NCBI RefSeq assembly: GCF_964355755.1
Contig: NC_092679.1
Location: 10,089,432-10,153,431, forward strand
Direction: 5' to 3'
DNA from: Antedon mediterranea
Lineage: Eukaryota > Animalia > Echinodermata
Length of the DNA: 64,000 bases
The position numbers were made by a program, and so were the translations under genes. The notes under the pieces were generated by a model. That model was not told where the DNA came from, searched no databases, and worked only from the letters and a program-made list of their open reading frames with translations. Below are positions 13,101-24,062 of this stretch, one piece after another; position 1 is the stretch's first letter; each line of letters begins with the position of its first letter.

Positions 13101-14652
13101 TGGGCCCTAACCTTACGGTTTTCATTTATATTATCATCCCATGCTCTTATTCTAATATCTTGTTTTTTTTATTTCATTCTTCTACGATCACTTCATATTT
13201 TATGTCTTGGTGAAACGAGAGGCTCCGGCTTCTCCTGGTTTATAGCCTCTCTACCCAAAAAACGGCACACATGGTAAATTCATTTTTTTCTATTAATGTT
13301 TGTATGTAAATGCGACGTATTACTATTGTATCGTAAATGATATACAAAATATTAAGTACTTTATGCAGTTACACAAAGTATACTGTTTATAATATGTAAT
13401 TTTGCATTATCATGTAGATTATTATAGGCCTACTGTACTTTCTACACGAAATAGATGGCGCATTAATATCGGCTAAACTTAATCATATTAACGACACAAT
13501 CTATAGCTATTTTTAAATGCGAAATAATTTTTAGAAAAACCTAAAGTTTTAGGAGGGACATTTGTTGATCTATTGATGATTTATTGTCCCCTGAAAAATG
13601 ATAATGTTCCATAATAGTTATTCACTTTGACCAAAAATGGATAAAAACAATTTTGTTTTCCTGCAAAAACAGTACCAACAGCCAATGGGGTTTTGGTTTA
13701 ATATAACCGTTTGTTTTTTCTTTTATAAATATAAGTGAAAACATTTTAAGTTCTTTTTTGTTTTGGCGGAAAGGCATGCCAAGTAGTCCTCATCCATTAA
13801 AAAAACAACAAAAGTGTTCTTTTATATCATGCTATTCTAAATTCGTGTCAAATTAATTTACTATCGCATCGGCTGAAACCATGAGTATTTATGAAATCTA
13901 AATTTTGTAATATGTATGCAGACAAAGAATAACTAAAATATAATTCCTCACTTTGAAGAATAAATAGGTGATCATTTTATAATTTTACTGACATTTCATT
14001 TTAAAACAGATACAGTACGTTAAAATACGATCGCAAAAAGTTGATGTTGAACCAGGGAAGAGTTAAATTGTAATTTAACTCTTCCCTGGTTGAACCCACT
14101 TTTTTAAACCCTTCAGTGCAAGTTAAAGTTATACAATATTATTAAAAACAAATTCTAAACCGCCCGGTAATATACTGAAAATGTATTAATTTGAAACGAT
14201 AAAATGAGGAAATATGTGAGAATATATAATCAAACCTTATTTAATCAAAATATATGAATACAATGAATGAAAAGTCCTTTTTGACTATGCTAACACCCAC
14301 CCCGCACCTCAAAAAAAAATCAGAGGGGGATATTACTTTATCCTACGAATTTTACAATGGAATATTTGAAGATTCCAAACCGAGCGCCGAATTATTCTTG
14401 CACATTTTTAATCTCTCTGTTTCGATAATTTCTTCTCGATTTTACGGTAATATTTAGTATATTTACTCAAAGCATAGTTTACTTCAACCATTTGGACTTT
14501 TTTCAGGCTTCTTATGACATTTGTAAGGATAAATAAGCGATTTTGAAGGCCGGACCAGTTTTGGCCTAGCCGGACCTGTTTTAGCGGCTGTTTCAACGCC
14601 AAAATCGATCCGACCGGACCAGTTTTGGCCCCGGACCAAATTTCGCGTTACA
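10108..14652 (+). mobile_element. Ginger-like DNA transposon derivative (internally deleted)
   Basis: TGT...ACA termini. Imperfect inverted repeats of ~120-150 bp built from GGTCCGG/CCGGACC units (10108-10256 vs 14535-14652). Internal GPY/F and OTU remnants. A degenerate 4-bp TSD (ATTA/ATGC) restores the host frame. Confidence 0.78.
11581..12700 (+). pseudogene. Gypsy-like integrase C-terminal GPY/F module followed by an OTU cysteine protease remnant
   Basis: NIETAQKRKKINYDRRH...KGGKLENKWLGPYKI...RVNGILLKPY (11620-11880). Then MRGDGTCLSFRALSYVLVG (~12297-12353), DGTWGSELEI (~12472-12502) and YLSNVCAHVEPV (~12633-12668), with stops and frameshifts. Confidence 0.72.
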
Positions 14653-15653
14653 ATGCTAATACTTTTGTGGATCTAGGCACACCAACTGTGCAAGCAAAAG
14701 TAGTAGCCAATAATCTTCCCATATCAAATGATTTATTGAATTACAACGATACGAATGAAGGTCTGTCTATAATGAATAACTTGTTAAATTATGAGGTTGA
14801 GGATGAGGTTGAGAGTGAAAATCCTGTCATTCCCAAGTATACTAAAGTAATGCTGCACCGGGGCCATGTTTTGAAAGAACTTACAGATTTCTTTATCAAT
14901 ACTGACCTTGATTGTCCTATTGAGGTTGAAATGGTTATGCCTAATGGCCAACTTGAACTTGGTGAAGACTTTGGTGGTGTATTAAGAGATGTTCTTAGTG
15001 AATTTTGGGAGGATTTCTACAATTTATATACTGTGGGAGAACATCTGAAGGTACCCTGTATACGGGATAATATGAGCAAAGAAAAGTGGCAAGCCACGGC
15101 AAAAGTTCTGGTTATCGGATATAAGCAGGAAATTTCTTCCCGTTCAAATTAGCAGTACCATTTTTACATATGTGATGGCTGGAGATGACACCATTATCAA
15201 TCAAAACCATCCATCAATGATACCCACTTTTTTAGAATTAGTTGCAGACAGTGAAAAAATTGTTTTAGAAACGGCACTGAACAACTTCTCAGATGTGGAT
15301 GAAGAGGACCTATTTGATATCCTCGACAATTACAAGGTAAAAAGAAATGCTACGAGTGAAAATATTAGAGCAATTCTACAGGATGCTGCCCACCGTACCT
15401 TGATACAGAGAACATCATACATATGTAGATGCTGGCACAGCGTGTTTGTAGAACACTTGAAACCCGCCCTATATACGATGAACATTGAAGATATCTGTCA
15501 AACAGCTATACCAACAACCAAGCGCGTCATAGCTGCGTTAAATCTGCCACAAGATGCATCAGAAGAACAAAAAAATACTAATAAACTTCTTCTCAAATTT
15601 ATAAAGAGTCTTGTCTGTGGACAAGTTAATGACGTTTATGAGATACACTACAG
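14653..15653 (+). pseudogene. HECT-like domain segment (ORFs 14625-15152 and 15172-15657 joined by frameshifts)
   Basis: LHRGHVLKEL...ELGEDFGGVLRDVLSEFWEDFY...KVPCIR...WQATAKVLVIGY is a typical HECT N-lobe. The segment ends at the donor ACAG|GTAAGT. Confidence 0.8.
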
Positions 15654-15692
15654 GTAAGTTCATTTGAAAATAAGGTTTTTAACCGATGTTAA

Positions 15693-16394
15693 GGCTAGCC
15701 TCTATCCCTAGACATAAATACTTTTTTCCAAATTAGTGAAAAAAAAGATTTTTGTATATTTTAAAGGGTATTACTAACTGTGCAACAACAACAAAATTTA
15801 ACCAATTACTATTGATTAGATGAAAACAACTAATATAGTTCTACTAGTGATCTAATTAATATTATTATTAATTAGTTGGAAGGAGGTTTCTCGAAGGTTT
15901 TTTTTTAGATTATCTCCTTTTATAGTTCTATATGATCTAATTAATAATTGGTTTGAATGATATTTATTTTTTAGGGATTTGCACTTTGAAACCAGTATTT
16001 TTGCCAGAAAAATGTATGTTTTTCAACCCAAAATTTTAATAATTTTGTTTTATTAATTGTCTACTTTTTAGATCTAATCATGTTATTGTTATAATCAATA
16101 TAATATAAGTGGTTTGCAGGAGGTTTGAGTTTTTTTTAGATTTGCGCTGTGAAATCTTTAATGTAAAAATGATTTTTTTACTCAAAAACTGGCAAACTTT
16201 ACATCATTTCAATTTTTTTCCGCATAAATTATCACCTTTTATAGTTCTACTTGTGATCTAATCAATGATCACTTTAAATGAGGTTTGACCTCAAATAGGA
16301 AAAAAAAATGTTTCACTATGATTGATAAAGATGAACCCTATCCCATATGTTTTCAGTTTTTTTCACTCAGTACTACTAGTAGTAGAGGCTAGCC
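15693..16394. mobile_element. MITE with TTAA target duplication (Kolobok-like) in the HECT intron
   Basis: TTAA|GGCTAGCCTCTA ... TAGAGGCTAGCC|TTAA: a 12-bp perfect TIR with 5'-RR termini. Confidence 0.85.
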
Positions 16395-16462
16395 TTAAAT
16401 TATTAATAATATTTTATTAAATATCATTATATGTATTTATCTTTTTATTTCTTTATTTAAAG

Positions 16463-16650
16463 GAGCTAATCAAATGTTGGGAAAGAAAATAACAGTGCGT
16501 TATGTTCAACAGTCTGACTTTGAGAGACGTCCAGTTGCGGTATTTGGGTGCATCCTTGAATTGGCTTCCAGCTTCAAGGACTACATTGAATTTCGATCAG
16601 AGTTCAGTGCTGTGTTAGAAAATAACATTTGGGTAATGGACATTGTGTAG
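16463..16650 (+). pseudogene. Terminal exon of the HECT-like gene (C-lobe); the canonical catalytic HTC motif is absent
   Basis: Pyrimidine tract plus AG at 16461-16462. Phase 1 matches the donor at 15654. Translation GANQMLGKKITVRYVQQSDFERRPVAVFGCILELASSFKDYIEFRSEFSAVLENNIWVMDIV*. Not in the ORF track. Confidence 0.78.
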
Positions 16651-16711
16651 AAAACTAAACAAGTAGCTAAAAAAATGATAATATGTGATTTTAGCATGAT
16701 TATAACAATCA

Positions 16712-17950
16712 CGATTATGTTAATTTTTTTTTATTTGATATTATGTTCACAATATTGAGCAGCAAATGTCAATGTTGTGATCACTGCAGTCGAGGTGTAA
16801 AGCTCGGAGATGTATCCAAGTGTTGTGATATACTGTAATACAGTATATGATAAATGAAACCTCTTCTTAAACATTTTAAATCTAAAATGATATATAAGGG
16901 AAGTTTTGTTTGTTGTTTTTTTTTTAAATATGTTTCCATTTGTGATATTTTGAAAGTGTTGTTTGTAAATGATATTGACCACTTCTTTAAAAAGTAAATG
17001 ATTTAAAATATTTGTTGTTTTATAATAATTATGGAATCATGTTTATTTACATGTGTTCCGAGAATATAGTTCCATAGTTTTTATATTGTATGAGCATTTA
17101 AAGTCGAATCAAGTCAGTGTGCACTATGGAGTGAAAAAAATATTTTTCAAAAGAAAAGTTCAAATCGTTACCAAACAATAATACCATCATGATTATGTTA
17201 TATTTTTATTTGATATTATGTTCACAATATTGAGCAGCAAATGTCAATATTGTGATCACTGCAGTCGAGGTGTAAAGCTCGGAGATGTATCCAAGTGTTG
17301 TGATATACTGTAATACAGTATATGATAAATGAAACCTCTTCTAAAACATTTTAAATCTAAAATGATATATAAGGGAAGTTTTGTTTGTTGTTTTTTTTTT
17401 AAATATGTTTCCATTTGTGATATTTTGAAAGTGTTGTTTGTAAATGATATTGACCACTTCTTTAAAAAGTAAATGATTTAAAATATTTGTTGTTTTATAA
17501 TAATTATGGAATCATGTTTATTTACATGTGTTCCGAGAATATAGTTCCATAGTTTTTATATTGTATGAGCATTTAAAGTCGAATCAAGTCAGTGTGCACT
17601 ATGGAGTGAAAAAAATATTTTTCAAAAGAAAAGTTCAAATCGTTACCAAACAATAATACCATCATGATTATGTTATATTTTTATTTGATATTATGTTCAC
17701 AATATTGAGCAGCAAATGTCAATATTGTGATCACTGTAGTCGAGGTGTAAAGCTCGGAGATGTATCCAAGAGTTTTGATATACTACAGTACTGTATAGGA
17801 TAAATGAAACATCATTTTATTTTAAGTTATGTAAAAGGTAATTTTTGTTTATTGAAAAAAACATTTGTGTTTTTTTTAGAGTGGTAAATGATTACTTTAA
17901 AAGGTAATCATGTGTTCCAAGAATATAGTTCCATAGTTTTTGTATTGTAC
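16712..17950. repeat. 475-bp tandem duplication (~2.6 copies) just 3' of the HECT stop
   Basis: TTATGTTCACAATATTGAGCAGC occurs at 16741, 17216 and 17691. The first two copies are near identical; the third diverges after ~17770. Confidence 0.93.
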
Positions 17951-18449
17951 GAAACATCTTAGTGAAATAATGAAAAATTAAGTACAGTATTAGGCCTAAC
18001 GATGTTATTGATAAGATTTCTTAAATCCGTTGCCATACATATTGTTTGTTTGTAAAAATAGATAAGTTGATTATAATATGTAAAAAACAGTTAACTGGAA
18101 GAATAATACTGTTTTATTCATAATTTACTTTGCACATAATGCACTTTACTAAACATATTCTAACGCATAACATGGTTAGTGATTTCTATAAATATTTCTT
18201 AAAAATGTATGCATTATGTAAAAACTTGCCGCATCCCCATATACATTCCAGGTAAAAGAAAATCTCATTCATAATGTAATACTGTAGTAAAAGTCTTAAT
18301 TCACAACCTTATCTTGGCAGTTTTATGTGTTGGCGTTGAATTGTAACTACTATTGATGACATTTATATATAATATAAGCATTTGAATAAAGAGTTTTATT
18401 ATTCATGCAAAAACATGTTTCATTAGCTTATTCCAGGTATTAAGGTAAC

Positions 18450-19900
18450 TTGAAAGTTCAGGGGAGCCATGGAGTATCAAAATAACTGAAATTTAAGGCT
18501 ACTGAAATTTTAAAAACATCACAGAGGGGTTGTGTGTTGGAAATGACCATTGGATATCAACATGACCGGAATTTGAACTTGGAAGGTTTTAAACTACTGG
18601 TGTGGGTATTTCTTCTATTACATAATGACAAATGCATATTAGCCAGCTGGGTATTCAGCAGTCACACATGCATGTTTACGGCAACAAATATATCTGGCTC
18701 TTTTGTTTACATACATTATGTAACTTCCAAACGACACAATTCATTTTAACCATAATACTGATTTGCAAATTCCATTACAAGGAGTGGATGCGTTACGAAT
18801 GATTTCCAGTATGACTCGCCTTCCCATAACCAGCAAATGATGATGTCTTGCAACCTGTAAAGACACGAAAGGTGATTTGATTTTTCAGCCACTTTGTTGT
18901 TCACTATACCAGATATCGTTCTTTAGTATGTTTTTGCTATACGAGTTAAAAAGTGCACATCATTACACATCAACTGTCATGTATAAGCACATGAGCTTCT
19001 TCGTGATTGCCATAGCAGATCATTTCGCATTGTTTACCTTGCATCTTGAAAATCTACTCACTGTTACCAACTCGTATCATTTTTGTACTGTTCTCTCTGA
19101 ATTCATTATTTATAGGTAACTAAAATGCCTGACAGCAATGTTTACTTAATCCTTAAACTGGTAGTGAATGACTATCATGTTTTTAAGTTTTCAGCTTCTG
19201 GAACATCTGTGAGTATGTCAACGCCATCCAATAAGATATGTATAAAGTCAGATTTGGCTGAAGAAATTGAAATTGGTCTATGATCATGCTCTACTTTATG
19301 ATATTCACCAACTTCAATGGTTGGTCAGCAGATTTTCTGTCCGCTTTTTTTTCGTAAATTTTGTTTTGATATGCACTATTAGAAATGGTTGCCTTATAGA
19401 AATCCGCAAGGTTTTGAGCAATGCTATCTCAGTGGCTTATAAAATTCTACTTTTTTTCTCTTTCAATAAGTTGTTACTTTAAATGTGACCTCTTCCTCAT
19501 CATCCGTCAGGTCGAAAAGATATTGTGTATTATGTTTATGTACCATGTCATGCAGAACCTATCACTGAATGAATTGTTTCTTCTTGTACCATATAATTCT
19601 ATTTTGAATCATAAATGATCCACTCAGTTTTTAAAATATTTGGTGCTGATTGCTTATGGAGTTTGATCTTTTATCACCGACGAGCATAAATAGTATAGTC
19701 ATAAAAGCAAAAACCAAGAAAGCATAGATGCAAGTCTCAAGATGGAGAACCTTCTAACTTTGATAGAGTCCAATTAATTAGGGTGTTCAAAAACAGAGAA
19801 TCAATTGACCCAGGTTTCTCTTTCAAGATTTTTCGAAACCGATCAGCAAAAACGTTTGTTATTGTATTGTATCATTCAAAGATTGAACAAAACAACTTCA
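18450..19900 (-). pseudogene. Possible heavily decayed intronless coding sequence (tentatively TRIM/B-box-like)
   Basis: Minus-strand pieces FADRFRKILKEKPGSIDSLFLNTLIN..., Cys/His-containing stretches at ~19500-19740, and VEHDHRPISISSAKSDFIHILLDG. Many stops; the family assignment is weak. Confidence 0.2.
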
Positions 19901-19989
19901 ATAATTATGTTATTTACCTTGAATTTACCTTGACCATCGTCATAACTGCAAACTCTTCAGTAACGTACGGCCGAAACATGATGTGGTGG

Positions 19990-20100
19990 TCAGACCAATA
20001 TTTAGCAATGCCCGATTTGAACTCATTGACCGATTGTGCCTACTACATGACTGGGTAATGAGTTCCAATCATCTACAACTCTTATCATCTACAACTCTTG
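19990..20100 (-). mobile_element. 3' end of a CR1/L2-clade LINE ORF2
   Basis: Minus strand RVVDDWNSLPSHVV...NEFKSGIAKYW matches the typical CR1/L2 C-terminus. Confidence 0.7.
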
Positions 20101-20224
20101 TTATAGGGGCCAGGGTCTCTGTTTTTGACATTTCTCAAAAACAGAGACCCCAACACAATTTTTCAACTTTAGGTCGTATAGGGCGTCTCTGTTTTTGAGA
20201 TTTCTAGAAAACATAAACCCCCAA

Positions 20225-20320
20225 AAGCAAGGTCATATACATGGCTGCAGTCGCGTGCTCAAGTTAGTGTTTATCGACCAACCAACCGACCGACTATAGT
20301 GAGCTGAACGCGACTAAAAA
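20225..20320 (-). mobile_element. Mini (internally deleted) HINE relic
   Basis: GCAAGGTCATATACATGGC..AGTCGCGTGC ... GACCAACCAACCGACCGACTATAG ... ACGCGACTAAAAA has the same terminal architecture as 7437-8250. Confidence 0.6.
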
Positions 20321-21169
20321 ATTCTCAATATTACGTTATATATAGGTAGTAATAATATTATAGTAAAATATAAATAGGCTATATGGCGTTTCATACCTAT
20401 AATACTGTACCTATTTTCCGGACAAAAATCGAAACGCTGACTGGTGGACAACATAAAAAAAGACAAATTACCAACAGACTGGGAAAAGTCTATAAAAGTT
20501 TGTGTAATTAACCAATTTTCTATCTAAATTTTTTTGAGAAAATGACACTTTTGTATTTAATTTCCTATATTTTTATGTGTAGAATAAAATGTTTATCTGT
20601 ATATAATTACTTTAATATGAAATGACTAGATGATCTTCAAAAATAGTTTTTTTTTTGTGAATAGATCTGTATATGTAGCTGATTTTCCATGAAAAAACGT
20701 AAAAATCCTATATTTTGACCTTGTTTGACCCTATAAACTGACCTTAAACCCCAAAACTGAGGATTGCATCCACCCCTATTATTTTTGTCAACCCACAAAG
20801 GATCCATCCAACATGGTTGCCTGCTATTAACCAAAAAATCCTCCCAAATTTTTTTCTAGAGGACTTTTGAGTATTTGGCCTCTCTACTTATTACCATGCT
20901 CTATTTTTTTCCTCATAATTAAATTTCTGGTACAAAATCCGAATTGTTTATTCATTCAATACTTTTTTATTTTGGATTTAGGAGTTCCAAATCTGGCCAC
21001 GTTGGTACTTATTGACCTTCAGTCGTTGATATATAAAGTTTTCGTTACACTACGTATATTGTTCTAAAAAAACTGTTGACGACGTTTCGATAAATATGTT
21101 GTGTTTGTCCTTGTTCTTGTATAACTTTCCGGATTGACCGCTCAAACCTTCAGGTTAAGGAAGGGAAAA

Positions 21170-21620
21170 ATATCTTACTGGAGAAGACTTATAGTTGTAT
21201 GTGTCCATCATATCAATTTCTCAGTACCTTTTCTAAGCGGTTTATATCTTTACTTTTTGGATACCAAACAACCGATGCATGTTCTAAAATTGGTCTTATG
21301 ATTGACTTGAAAAGAGTAATCAATTTTGCTTCAGAAATCCCCTAAAACATCTGTTATTGATGCCTATCCTCTGATAAGCTTTCATGCAAACTTCTTTATG
21401 ACGAGTAATTTCAAATCTTTCGATATTAAAACCAAGATCTTTCTGGTTAACAACTTTTTTACATATTGAAGAGAAACGTGGAACCTTAAAATTAGGAACC
21501 ATTGCTTTGACCAGGATGACAACATACCTAAGTCCTACTGTAGCAGGTCACAATCATCATATATAGCTTATAATTTCTTTTAATATTTTAATATCGTCCG
21601 CAAATATTTTGGCAGTTGCT
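21170..21620 (-). mobile_element. CR1/L2-clade LINE reverse-transcriptase fragment
   Basis: Minus strand AKIFADDIKI (~21590-21615), KDLGFNI, KAYQRIG and IIRPILEHASVVWYP (~21255-21300). Probably the same copy as 19990-20100. Confidence 0.75.
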
Positions 21621-22069
21621 TCCCGCCATTCTTTATTCTTATTCTCATTCTTTATTCCCTCTCTCTCTTTTTAAAAATGCCGTCACCATTTCATACCATT
21701 TATTGTGCAATGTATTAATAACGAATTGCAACACCTTAATAGATAGCATTAACCCTAGGCCTATATTTCTTTGATTTTATGTTTGATATACAAACAAACG
21801 GTAAAAAGCGTCAATGAATGATATATAATTGTATGTTTATTATGACAGTGATAAACCCAACAACTGCGATAACGTAAACAAGGTAATTTAAAAAAAGATT
21901 AAAAAATGAAAATCCACCTCCACTAAATGAACACACCAATTGAAGAATAAACACTCATTGTCGATAATCATTTGTACTTTTATTTTCTGAAGACATCTTA
22001 TATACTACCATTTGTTTTAATCTAATCAATACATCATACATAACGGAAACAAAAAATATCGATTCTTTC

Positions 22070-22400
22070 ATGTCACGATTATTATATATCCTTGGTTCTC
22101 TATTGTTCATCCTGTATATCAATGATATGCCGATGACACATCTATGTTATTTTCAATAAAACATTTTAACTATCTGTATGAAGAACCTAAATTAATAAAA
22201 TAGTAAATTAAATACGTTATTTTTCCGGCAATAAACTTTCTAATAATTTCAATAAATCAAATGCTTTATGGATGAAACAATCTTATAAAATCTCCAAATG
22301 TTTAATGACATTGAGATTCAACTGGTAGACCTCGTAAAGTTTCTTGGTGTATTGACTCTTATTTAAGCTGGAAACATCAAATGCAAACAGGAAAAACAAA
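22070..22400 (+). mobile_element. Degenerate L2/CR1-like RT fragment
   Basis: LGSLLFILYINDM/ADDT at ~22092-22140 and VKFLGV...LSWKHQ at ~22334-22380. Confidence 0.55.
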
Positions 22401-22730
22401 ATAATCTTGACAGAGCCAATAATTGAAATGTTTACTCTCTCTAGCAACTGAACCCATCAGAATAACAAATAAATAAGATACACATGAACATTATTGCCAG
22501 GAAAGTGGATTAACTTTTTTGTAAGATTATTTTCCTAATTGCTATTGGTATCTACGAACAGCAGCATTTCTAAACTGGTGTCGGTGTCTTCTAGGCTTGC
22601 CAAACGCATTCGACACATTTCTACATAAATTATAAAATATGATATAATTATATAAAATATGCCTTTTCAACTTATTAAAGCTCTTTTTCTGACCTCTAAA
22701 ATGTACCATGATGTACGTTTTATTTATTAA

Positions 22731-23297
22731 AGATGTATTGTCCCTTGAAACACAAAAAATGAAGGTCAAAATATTCTAAATATAAATTGGCCATATCAAA
22801 GTAAATATTAAAGTTATTCACTTTAAGTCGAAAATTCGCGCCAAAAACAAAAAGTTTACGTAATTAACAGGTAAATTAATTTGATTACATTTCGTCTGGA
22901 AAATCGTCGTGAGCGAAAGTAAACAAAGATTTCAAACAACGAGTATGCATTATGCATGATGCTAATTAGGATTGTTTACAACTCGTCACGGGTGAGAAGG
23001 TGTTCTCACACAGAGGTGTTCTCACACAGACCGCGAACAAGTTTTATGATTATGCATACAGAGTAGCCAAACAAGCGCGTTGCATTATGGGATATGTTTT
23101 GATCGAAAACTTTGACTGGAAGTCAAAGTTATTTTTTGAACAAAAAAACGTCTATATTTCAGTTAAATGAATTTTTGTTTCGACTCATTTTCGGTGAAAG
23201 TTAATACCTATTCTATGATACTTAAAAATCACCCACTTTTTTTCGAAATCTTTTTGTTTAACTTTTTTTTTAAATTAGTCAAAAGGACAATACATCT
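22731..23297. mobile_element. MITE with 13-bp TIR and TTAA-type target (Kolobok-like)
   Basis: TTAA|AGATGTATTGTCC ... GGACAATACATCT|TTAT. Confidence 0.8.
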
Positions 23298-23445
23298 TTA
23301 TCATTTTCATTGTATTATATTATATTAAAATGTAATTTAAACCAAGGCAGCTATGCATAAAGAAACATACAATGTACAGTTACCTAATGTAGCCTCATTT
23401 GCAAATGTTGTATCTATATTGTATTAATACCATAATTATTGTAAT

Positions 23446-24062
23446 TTATTACCTCCGCCAAGGAGGTTATGTTTTCACCCCTGTATGTTTGTGTGTGTGT
23501 TTGTGTGTGTGTTGGTGTGTTTGTGTGTGTGTTTGTGTGTGTGTCTGTGAACAGCCTGGAGGCCACAGTTTTTATCCGATTCTAACCAAATTTGGACACA
23601 ATGATCTATGCCCAAAAAGCTCGGACGAGTTCGAATTTGAGGGGGAAAGGTCATAGGTCAAGGTCACAACTAACAAAAAACTATTTTACTGTCTAGAGAC
23701 CACAGTTTTGATCCGATTCTCACCAAACTTAGCCACAATGATCAATGACACATCATATAATTGTGGTTACATTTTGAAGGGTCAGGGTCAAAGATCAAGG
23801 TCCACCAAAAAAAAAATAATAAATAAAAAAATAATAAAAAAAAAAAACCCTCAGTGGGGCTTGAACCAGCGACCTCAACTGTGAGAGGCTGGATACATAA
23901 CCATTACACCACACTATCATCCACAACTTTGTAGTGTGCAGTTAACACATTTACACTTAGAGCTAATAAAAAAAAATAAAAAATAAAAATATTCAGGGGG
24001 CATTTTATGTAGAGGAATTTTACAGTAGGCGGAGGTTTGTACTCTCGGAGTACCCTCTAGTT
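23446..24062 (+). mobile_element. Non-autonomous Helentron-type element with (TG)n tract
   Basis: 5' TTATTACCTCCGCCAAGGAGGTTATG, a TG/TTTG microsatellite, and 3' GGCGGAGGT (inverted to ACCTCCGCC) plus a GTACTC-tcg-GAGTAC hairpin and CTAGTT. Confidence 0.8.
23848..23912 (-). other. tRNA-derived sequence (SINE-head-like) inside the HINE
   Basis: Minus strand GTGGTGTAATGG (A box) ... GGTTCAAGCCC (B box). The cloverleaf is imperfect, so it is not called as a tRNA gene. Confidence 0.6.

Larger units (their letters stand above)
6539..16650 (+). pseudogene. Spliced HECT-domain E3 ubiquitin ligase-like gene (G2E3-like, TE-associated type), disrupted by nested insertions and frameshifts
   Basis: Coding segments are 6539-6598, 9602-10103, 14653-15653 and 16463-16650. 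HECT-like motifs: GEDFGGVLRDVLSEFW, FMRYTTG across a GT(15654)-AG(16462) intron, and RRPVAVFGCILEL...EFRSEF...WVMDIV*. Frameshifts occur near 15130-15165 and ~15615. Confidence 0.75.
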
